The notes under the pieces: generated by a model
What the model was told of the DNA's origin: nothing
Database searches by the model: none
The model's input: the letters and a program-made list of their open reading frames with translations, nothing else
Shown here: positions 54,001 through 64,000 of the stretch, piece after piece
Layout of the letters: every line of letters starts with the position of its first letter
Numbering within the stretch: position 1 is the stretch's first letter
Program-made: the position numbers and the translations under genes
Assembly: GCA_030141605.1 (NCBI GenBank)
Contig: JAQGDQ010000913.1
Span: 1-64,000, forward strand
From: Tubiluchus corallicola
Lineage: Eukaryota; Animalia; Priapulida
DNA: 64,000 nucleotides
Direction of reading: 5' to 3'

Positions 54001-57000
54001 ATCACTTTTGTGTCTTTACATAACTTTTCAGTAATTCTAACCTTTACTGTGTTTTTTTATTCATTATCATTGTATTCACATGCTCACAGACGACAAGAGA
54101 AGCGGTTACTTCACTTAGGCATATTTTCTGTGCACATGTTAATACTTGTTTATAGAATACATTACATGGTTCTGTTTATTCATGTACTGAAGACATGTTT
54201 GACATTTGTATTTTGAATGAATGCAGCAGTCTGATCCAGTTATCAACCAAAACATGAATTGATTTTTTACTGCTTCATCTTTTGACAGGTAGTATTGAAT
54301 CATAGTATGTAACCATGAGTATGCATTTATCAAGGTTTTCTATGATCACATTTGTGTCTTTGCATGAAATTTCAGGTAATTCGTTAATGTTTTTTGTTAA
54401 CCATCAGCTCTGTCCTGACAGTAAACATGTAAAAGATCAGATTTATTCATGTATTTTATACATCTTTGACATTTTTGTTAAGAATGGTAATAAAATTGCT
54501 TATTTTTACCTGAGCAAATAGTTCCTGTAGCATTTGATCCACTCACATCAATTGTTCCATCAATACACTGGCATGTAAAACTTCCATCAGTATTTGAGCA
54601 GTTAGCAAGGACAGGATCACAGTCGTGGGTAGGACTGGCGGCATCACATTCATTTATATCTGAATTAAACAAAACCGCAATGTTCAACAGTCATGTGTAC
54701 AATTAGCAGCATAACATTAACGTTAAACAAAATGGTAATGTTTAATATTTATTATAGTTACTGCATATTTTCTTTTTACACATAGAATTACACTAAATTC
54801 ACATACTTATGAAGTTTGGTCTGGTAATCAATGTCTCTGTACAGTATGCATTTAGCAAGATTTATAATAAGCACTTTTGTGTCTTTACATAACTTTTCAG
54901 TAACTCTAACCTTTACTGTGTTTTTTTATTCATTATCATTGTATTCACATGCTCACAGACGACAAGAGAAGCGTTACTTCACTTAGGCATATTTTCTGTG
55001 CACATGTTAATACTTGTTTATAGAATACATTACATGGTTCTGTTTATTCATGTAGCAGTCTGATCCAGTTATCAACCAAAACATGAATTGATTTTTTACT
55101 GCTTCATCTTTTGACAGGTAGTATTGAATCATAGTATGTAACCATGAGTATGCATTTATCAAGGTTTTCTATGATCACATTTGTGTCTTTGCATGAAATT
55201 TCAGGTAATTCGTTAATGTTTTTTGTTAACCATCAGCTCTGTCCTGACAGTAAACATGTAAAAGATCAGATTTATTCATGTATTTTATACATCTTTGACA
55301 TTTTTGTTAAGAATGGTAATAAAATTGCTTATTTTTACCTGAGCAAATAGTTCCTGTAGCATTTGATCCACTCACATCAATTGTTCCATCAATACACTGG
55401 CATGTAAAACTTCCATCAGTATTTGAGCAGTTAGCAAGGACAGGATCACAGTCGTGGGTAGGACTGGCGGCATCACATTCATTTATATCTGAATTAAACA
55501 GAACCGCAATGTTCAACCGTCATGTCTACAATTAGCAGCATAACATTAACGTATGTCTGAGTTAAGCAAAATGATAATGTATAATATTTATTATAGTTAC
55601 TGCATATTTTCTTTTTACACATAGAATTACACTAAATTCACATACTTATGAAGTTTGGTCTGGTAATCAATGTCTCTGTACAGTATGCATTTAGCAAGAT
55701 TTATAATAAGCACTTTTGTGTCTTTACATAACTTTTCAGTAACTCTAACCTTTACTGTGTTTTTTATTCATTATCATTGTATTCACATGCTCACAGACGA
55801 CAAGAGAAGCGTTACTTCACTTAGGCATATTTTCTGTGCACATGTTAATACTTGTTTATAGAATACATTACATGGTTCTGTTTATTCATGTAGCAGTCTG
55901 ATCCAGTTATCAACCAAAACATGAATTGATTTTTTACTGCTTCATCTTTTGACAGGTAGTATTGAATCATAGTATGTAACCATGAGTATGCATTTATCAA
56001 GGTTTTCTATGATCACATTTGTGTCTTTGCATGAAATTTCAGGTAATTCGTTAATGTTTTTTGTTAACCATCAGCTCTGTCCTGACAGTAAACATGTAAA
56101 AGATCAGATTTATTCATGTATTTTATACATCTTTGACATTTTTGTTAAGAATGGTAATAAAATTGCTTATTTTTACCTGAGCAAATAGTTCCTGTAGCAT
56201 TTGATCCACTCACGTCAATTGTTCCATCAATACACTGACATGTAAAACTTCCATCAGTATTTGAGCAGTTAGCAAGGACAGGATCACAGTCGTGGGTAGG
56301 ACTGGCGGCATCACATTCATTTATATCTGAATTGAACAAAACCGCAATGTTCAACAGTCATGTCTACAATTAGCAGCATAACATTAACGTATGTCTGAGT
56401 TAATCAAAATGATAATGTTTAATATTGATTATAATTACTGCATATTTTCTTTTTACACATAGAAATACCCCAATTTCACTTACTTATGAAGTTTGATCCT
56501 TTCAATAATATTTCTTTACAGTGTGCAATTATCAAGATTTACTATTATCACTTTTTTCTCTTTACATAACATTTTAGGTAATTTTAACCTTTACCCACGT
56601 TTTTTGGTTGATTATCATTGTATTCGTAAGCCCATATACGATAAAGGAAGCGGTTAGTTCACTTAGGCATAATTTTTGTGTGCATGTTAATACTTGTTTA
56701 TGGAATACATTACGAGGTGCAGTTTATTCATGTATTGAGTATACATTTGACAATTGTGTTGTGAAAGAAAGCAGTAGTGTTCATTATTTACCTGAGCAAA
56801 TAGTTCCAGTAGCATTTGAACCACTCAAATCAATTGTTCCGTCAATACACAGGCATGTAAAACTTCCATCAGCATTTGAGCAGTTAGCAAGGACAGGATC
56901 ACAGTCGTGGGTAGGACTGGCGGCATCACATTCATTTATATCTGAATTGAACAAAACCGCAATGTTCAACAGTCATGTGTACAATTAGCAGCATAACATT

Positions 57001-59780
57001 AACGTTAAACAAAATGGTAATGTTTAATATTTATTATAGTTACTGCATATTTTCTTTTTACACATAGAATTACACTAAATTCACATACTTATGAAGTTTG
57101 GTCTGGTAATCAATGTCTCTGTACAGTATGCATTTAGCAAGGTTTATAATAAGCACTTTTGTGTCTTTACATAACTTTTCAGTAACTCTAACCTTTACTG
57201 TGTTTTTTTATTCATTATCATTGTATTCACATGCTCACAGACGACAAGAGAAGCGTGACTTCACTTAGGCATATTTTCTGTGCACATGTTAATACTTGTT
57301 TACAGAATACATTACATGGTTCTGTTTATTCATGTACTGAAAACACGTTTGACATTTGTATTTTGAAGGAACGCAGCAGTCTGATCCAGTTAGCAACCAA
57401 AACATGAATTGATTTTTTACTGCTTCATCTTTTGACAGGTAGTATTAAATCATAGTATGTAACCATGAGTATGCATTTATCAAGGTTTTCTATGATCACA
57501 TTTGTGTCTTTGCATGAAATTTCAGGTAATTCGTTAATGTTTTTTGTTAACCATCAGCTCTGTCCTGACAGTAAACATGTAAAAGATCAGATTTATTCAT
57601 GTATTTTATACATCTTTGACATTTTTGTTAAGAATGGTAATAAAATTGCTTATTTTTACCTGAGCAAATAGTTCCTGTAGCATTTGATCCACTCACGTCA
57701 ATTGTTCCATCAATACACTGACATGTAAAACTTCCATCAGTATTTGAGCAGTTAGCAAGGACAGGATCACAGTCGTGGGTAGGACTAGCGGCATCACATT
57801 CATTTATATCTGAATTAAATAAAACCGTAATGTTCAACAGTCATGTCTACAATTAGCAGCGTAACATTAACGTATGCCTGATGCCTGAGTTAAACAAAAT
57901 GATAATGTTTAATATTGATTATAATTACTGCATATTTTCTTTTTACACATAGAAATACCCCAATTTCACTTACTTATGATGTTTGATCCTTTCAATAATA
58001 TTTCTTTACAGTGTGCAATTATCAAGATTTACTATTATCACTTTTGTCTCTTTACATAACATTTTAGGTAATTTTAACCTTTACCCACGTTTTTTGGTTG
58101 ATTACCATTGTATTCGTAAGCCCATATACGATAAAGGAAGCGGTTAGTTCACTTAGGCATAATTTTTGTGCGCATGTTAATACTTGTTTATGGAATACAT
58201 TACGAGGTCCAGTTTATTCATGTATTGAGTATACATTTGACCATTGTGTTGTGAAAGAAAGCAGTAGTGTTCATTATTTACCTGAGCAAATAGTTCCAGT
58301 AGCATTTGAAACACTCAAATCAATTGTTCCGTCAATACACAGGCATGTAAAACTTCCATCAGTATTTGAGCAGTTAGCAAGGACAGGATCACAGTCGTGG
58401 GTAGGACTGGCGGCATCACATTCATTTATATCTGAATTGAACAAAACCGCAATGTTCAACAGTCATGTGTACAATTAGCAGCATAACATTAACGTTAAAC
58501 AAAATGGTAATGTTAATATTTATTATAGTTACTGCATATTTTCTTTTTACACATAGAATTACACTAAATTCACATACTTATGAATTCACATACTTATGAA
58601 GTTTGGTCTGGTAATCAATGTCTCTGTACAGTATGCATTTAGCAAGATTTATAATAAGCACTTTTGTGTCTTTACATAACTTTTCAGTAACTCTAACCTT
58701 TACTGTGTTTTTTATTCATTATCATTGTATTCACATGCTCACAGACGACAAGAGAAGCGTTACTTCACTTAGGCACTGAGGGTCACAGTCATGTGTTGGA
58801 TTAGCAGCATCGCATTCATTTATATCTAAGTTAAACAAAATAAAATTCAACATTTATTATATGTTATCGTAACAAAGTATCTACAGTTATTTACAGAATT
58901 TGTTGCCCTTATGTAAATCAAAATCTGGCAGAGTTTATTATAAATGCTTAAATCTTTATAAACTTGCGAATCCTGATTATGTTATCAACCAAAATTTCAA
59001 TGAGAAATGTTTGGGGGGCTTTAGCTAGTGGTATAAATGTTATATAATGTGAATGAGCTGTTATAAAATACATTACTGAGATTGAACATGCTTAGAAGGG
59101 CAATGGTATCCTTGTCTTATCTTTGCAAATTGAAATTACTCTTTGCAAACTGTTTTATGAAATTGTTTAGCTGTAGTTCTTACCTCAGCAAAGTGTTCCT
59201 GTAGCATTTTGTCCACTCACATCAATTGTCCCATCAATACATTGACATTAAAATACATTATGTTGTGACTGAGCACTTTTAAAGAGCTTGTTAAGTTTAC
59301 CTTTGATCATCTGTAATGTTATAATTAACCTGCAGAGTAACGGTTGAACAATTGCAACGCGAGCCTACTTTTGTCTACATGTCCACATATTTTAATAATA
59401 AACTCCTTAAAAACTTCTCTTATACATACGTTTCATCATCCAATCTTGCAGGTTCCAGAATTGTATACAGGTTTTAGCTGATTCTGTCATGTTAATGCAA
59501 TCACATTTTACCTGAACAACTGGTTCCCTGACCATTTGCTCCACTCACATCATTGGTTCCTTCAATACACTGACACGTGAAACTTCCATCAGTATTTGAG
59601 CAGTTTGCAAGGATTGGATCACAGTTGTCGGTTCCAGTAGCACATTCATCTATATCTGGACCTATTAGAATAATGATTATGCATGTACATCTAACTATTC
59701 ACTTGTCGACTGGCGATACAGGATCACAGGCATTCATAACATGACTGCTCATTCTTGTTGTGTTGTTATTATTATTGTTA

Positions 59781-59853
<73 letters not shown>

Positions 59854-61999
59854 TATTATTATAACACAAATTTGGCTTGCGCTACAGCGACTAGAAAAAA
59901 TCGGGGTTCTCTAATAGCATTATTATAGGCATTCTTTAAATATTTTCTTTATAGTGATTAAAACAGTGAGTTTTAAAAAATTATGAACAAAACTAAAGAA
60001 AATAAAAGGGCCACAATATGTATTAAACTAATCGTATCGAAAACTAGAGATTCATTCAGAAATACAATCAGTTCTTATGCACTCATCGAATTTGAGCTGG
60101 AAAACTGCATAGCATATGAGAGACCAACGTGGTTCGGATAAAAAAATTACAATAAAATCTTTCAATACATCAGCTTCCTCGCCAGGTGCAGATTTTACAC
60201 AATTGAAAAGTTTTTTATGGGGTTTACCTCATCAAATGTAAATTTTACAGAACTAAAAAGTTTTTCCTAGTGTTCCCCTCATCACATGTAGATTTTAAAA
60301 AATTCATGTTCTTAAATGTTCTAATTCATTTATAATGTCTTCAGGGACGTAAGTGAGTAAGTGATTGAAAAACTAGATTCGAATGCTACTGTATTGCAAG
60401 CTCAAACTCCTATTATAACTTGAAAGCGTTTGAAATCTATGCATTATACATACCAATGTATTTACTGATTTCACATATAGCATATCCTCTACCATCGCAT
60501 TCAAAGGCTTCGTGTACATTGGCACCAGCAACAACACAAAAGTCTCTCTGAATAAAAACAAGGTTTGTAACTTGATCAAGTGCTGGTTACTAATAAGGTT
60601 GAAACTGCAATAAAAGTAGGTGCACAATTTAGGATTACATCTATGTATGTGAAAAACGTTTGTGAAGTTAAGTAGTACCGAGTATGGGTAGTGAATGGGT
60701 GAGTGATCACTGGGAACTGTTTCTAGCCACGTTTGCCTGTCAGGGCTGCAGATTGACACACTGCAAGCTAATACGTGGCTGCAGGTCTAAGTTTGTTAGT
60801 TAGGCAGGTCCTAAATAAAAAATTGTCAAGCTTAAGACAACAAAGTGGAGGAGTAACATTGTCACTTTCACTACCAATCCAATCTTTCTAAACAAGGTAA
60901 ACAATCCAGGAAGACAATACGGAAGACGAAAATGGTCAGAAATGGTAGCGAATCACGCACATTGACCACTTGTCTATAACGAAAATAGCTTTCGCATTTT
61001 TTCCATTAAAACATTGGTAATTCTTTCTCGGGATCAGATGAGTAGAGATTTGCAACAAATAATGGCAAGTATAAATTGACTGAAATGAAAATTATATAAA
61101 ATGAATGCCTAATTACTTTTAAACAGTTTGTATCTATGACACCAGTAATTACTAAACTTTTTATAAAAAACATAACATGGTTTCAGCAAAATAGCTGTTT
61201 ATAACAGTGTTAAACCATGCTCAAAATTAGATTTGACTGACCTTGGATATAGATTGAATTAGCTCAGTTTTCCAAAACGAATAACCGAGCCATTTAACCT
61301 TGTAGGTTATAAAATTTATCCAACTGCCAATATGTGCAACTGTACGTCCATCGGGTGTTTCATAGTTTCCATTTCCAATATTTGATCTTGGTGAAAGCCA
61401 GACATTTCCGTGGTTCCTTTAACGGACATATATTTTAAATAGATGCAACTTAGCAACTTAGCAACTTAGTTCAGGCACATTAAGCTGATTGAAAAATACG
61501 TTTTAATGACATTTTTTTAAAAACGAAAATCACAATAACTTATGCTAGCAGTAGCATATTAATTAATGTATTTCGATTCATAAAATTTTATGAATGACAA
61601 AACTTTTGTGATTATCGCAATTTTTTTAACAGTTAAACGTATAATTTATCAATTTCAAATAGTCACCATGTGCAACTAAACAATAGCTCAGATGGACTAG
61701 ATCAGGAATCATTATAAATTGATCACTACGCCACTGCTAGCCTGTGCACGTGTGCTTTCTTTCATAGTTAAAATCATGTTCATCATCATCAGACACTTTA
61801 ATTTGTTATTCTATCTAACCAGAATTGCTATTACTAGTTGATGTTTGCGCCTCCAACTAGACCTAGTTGCTTAATTTTCCTTTCATCCATAGCAATATAG
61901 CGCATCCCATAAACTTGATACCACCCTCGCAACCATCATCGTCATCATCATTATCATCATCATCATTGGTAACAACAACAATAACATCATCATCGCAAC

Positions 62000-62030
<31 letters not shown>

Positions 62031-62221
62031 GTCATCATCACCTCTATCAGCAGCATCAATACCTTTCAATGTTTTAATGTTACTTATTAAGACACTGAAA
62101 AGGAAAAAAGTCTAAAAAAGTTTCAAGAGTGACACAATTTTTTCCTATGCTAACATGGTTCAGAATTCATAGCTTATTCAAAATAAACTCCTCCTCCTCC
62201 TCCTCCTCCTCCTCCTCCTCC

Positions 62222-62269
<48 letters not shown>

Positions 62270-63805
62270 CCATTATTGGTAACAACAACAATAACACCAT
62301 CATCGCAACCATCATCATCATCATTGTTATTGTTAACAGGCCAACAAATTTTATATTTTATTTCACTAACACGACTGTACATTGTTCTATCTTCAAACAA
62401 AATGGTTTTTCAGAAAGGCACCACAAAGCACATTGAAACTGTTTACCTTCATTGTTTCAATACTCATAAAAATACAATGAAAACTACCTGAACATTGATG
62501 CTAGTTTGCTATCTAAAAAATCTGTACGATTCTTACATTATTCATAGGTGCAAAATTCATAGTTTATGCAAAATAGAAACTTACGACCCCATGTAGCTAT
62601 TTGTATTATAGTCAAAGAAATCGCTGAGATCGAACATGTTCAAAAGAGCAATAGTATCCTGAGGAGACGTCACTTCCAAAAGTCTCCGTGGAGAAGAGCA
62701 TGCAGTCTGTGCTTCTAAGTAAGTTATTGCTGACCCTTCCTTGTCTAGACATTTGTACCGCCCGTTATACGTCGAAAAACCACAGTCATGCTGAACTGCA
62801 AGTATAAAATGATGCCAATAGACAAACCTGACTCATTAAAAATGTACCAATGGCTGACCCACGAAGAGCAGCTGTTGCAGTTCATTTGCTTGGGCATCAC
62901 GTTATTTATGAAGCTTTATGCTTATACATAAAGGCTCGATGCAAATGTTGTTTGGACAGTTTGTGATCTTAATTCTATTTTGTGATCTAAATCTTGTTAG
63001 CAAACGAGCAAAAATATTGTCTCTCAATTATTGTTCAAAAATGATGGTGTCTTTAACAATAAACTAACGTTATTTTATGCAAGACAAACGATTTATTCAG
63101 AATTGTTTCTGATTATTCAAATGTTGTGCACTAAAACTATGCTTCGGTCTTGACGTTTTGTGGCTTGTCTCTTTGGAGCAGTTATAATCAGGTTACTGTT
63201 ACTTTTTGAGAAAAATTTATAGTTGACAGAATGGTGCTTCAACTTCATCCATAATAAATTTTCTCATCGTATCAAAATGATTTTAAGAAAGTGCCTTAAA
63301 CAGCATATTTTTTCTAACTATAATTCGTTGTTACACAATCTGTTGGTGTCTGTGCTCATCATGTACTGGGACCTATGTATTCTATTAATTTCACCCTTTA
63401 TGTGTATTCTAAGCAAGCATTCTACAATATTTTCGATGTTCAATTATTATAAATCTTACTTCACGTATTTTTGTATTGCATTTTAAAAAATTTAAAAATT
63501 TAAAAAACTACATGCTCTTTCACCTAACTTTAATGACGGCAATATCTTCATCCAGCATACAGCATCTTGTCTGATCTGCCTAAGGCAGTGACATCTCACT
63601 TGTCTCTAGCAATGTCACCTCACAAAACACATTGCATCTCACTTGTCTCTAGCAATGTCATCTCACAAAACGCATCGCACCTCACCTGTCTGTGGCAGTG
63701 GCATCTCACAAACTGCATATTCTATAGAATCGCTAGTTTTTCTGCTCTGAAGGACAAACGTGTTTGATTCTTTGAGCACGATCACTCCAGCCTTGTCATT
63801 AGTTC
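43279..63805 (-). CDS. Extracellular C-type-lectin-like + tandem calcium-binding EGF protein (partial; 5' end beyond the window, last exon uncertain)
   Basis: Lectin-like exons 63805-63686 (...EYAVCEMP), 62795-62585 (HDCGF...KCLD...TYLEAQTAC..RLLEV), 61416-61242 (VWLS..PDG..YSFW), 60547-60454 (DFCVV..FEC..YAICE), phases compatible. Then 26 phase-1 EGF exons: 59512-59655 (144 nt) and 150-nt exons with low coordinates 58282, 57660, 56792, 56177, 55339, 54510, 53731, 52863, 52626, 52011, 51143, 50905, 50668, 50053, 49816, 49080, 48842, 48605, 47994, 47116, 46248, 46011, 45396, 45159, 43279. Consensus DINECDAASPTHDCDPVLANCSNTDGSFTCQCIDGTIDVSGSNATGTICS. Confidence 0.9.
43540..43680 (-). pseudogene. 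Decayed EGF pseudo-exon
   Basis: Recognisable CCACTCACATC...ATACACTGACAAGTGAAA.TTCCATC core with a TA insertion and no intact splice sites. Confidence 0.7.
44435..45012 (-). mobile_element. Interspersed non-autonomous element (Helitron-like 5' end), copy 2
   Basis: Minus strand starts TATATATATATAAGATTCGATTCTACAGCT; inverted homology to 20310-20935; adjacent (TA)n run to 45092. Confidence 0.5.
45159..59655 (-). repeat. Tandem array of exon+intron units (EGF exon classes A/B/C/D) with near-identical introns
   Basis: Intron sequences recur almost verbatim (e.g. the 87-nt intron before class C exons; ~0.45-0.73 kb introns); several ~0.83-0.88 kb units are near-identical. Confidence 0.97.
59760..59862. 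repeat. (ATT)n microsatellite
   Basis: Visible run. Confidence 0.95.
61930..62325. repeat. (CAT)n/(CCT)n microsatellites with a duplicated spacer
   Basis: Visible runs; TTGGTAACAACAACAATAACA.CATCATCGCAACC occurs twice. Confidence 0.9.
63560..63715. repeat. Short tandem repeat (~43-bp unit) derived from an exon 3' end and its donor
   Basis: CATCTCACTTGTCTCTAGCAATGTCA.CTCACAAAAC is repeated and matches the exon end CACCTCACCTGTCTGTGGCAGTGGCATCTCACAAAC. Confidence 0.75.
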
Positions 63806-64000
63806 CTGCAAAAAACCGCTCAGATAATGACAGACGTGCACTGATCATGATGTTCTAAAACAACATAAGTTGAACTATGCTAGGTGGGCAGACCTGCACT
63901 TATATCAGCCTAATATTGCCAGACAAAACGCCGAAATGAATTACAACTAGCTTAAAATAAACAAGAAATAAATAAACTGAAAAATAAACTGAAAACAATT

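Noticed and set aside
46745-58478. Recurrent ORFs such as MSMHLSRFSM..., MINAYSWLHT... and the 126-aa plus-strand ORFs
   Set aside because: They recur only because the introns are duplicated, are disrupted in other copies, or are antisense to EGF exons.
60373-60759. 128-aa ORF with SDHSPI (LINE endonuclease-like)
   Set aside because: Only one short motif; the real coding part is exon 60547-60454 in another frame.

Overview
AT-rich, microsatellite-rich genomic DNA with GT-AG spliceosomal introns, i.e. a eukaryote and most plausibly an invertebrate animal (taxon not determinable). Most ORF-track entries are artefacts. Five protein genes can be reconstructed by hand. (1) A minus-strand S1 (trypsin-family) serine protease, missed by the ORF track, interrupted 40 bp into an intron by what looks like the terminus of a Polinton/Maverick (1-1732). 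(2) A C2H2 zinc-finger gene. (3) A plus-strand paralogous S1 protease with an atypical activation site and S1 pocket. (4) An intronless ankyrin-repeat/SOCS-box gene. (5) A minus-strand C-type-lectin-like + calcium-binding-EGF gene with 26 intact, symmetric phase-1 EGF exons in a homogenised 16-kb exon+intron tandem array showing recombination scars. Also present: a degraded RNA-virus RdRp-like segment (candidate endogenous viral element, ~17.3-19.2 kb), BEL/Pao and Gypsy remnants, solo LTRs sharing a CTCF-like core motif, LINE fragments, an 87-bp near-perfect inverted repeat, and several mini/microsatellites. All calls come from manual reading and translation; no searches were run.
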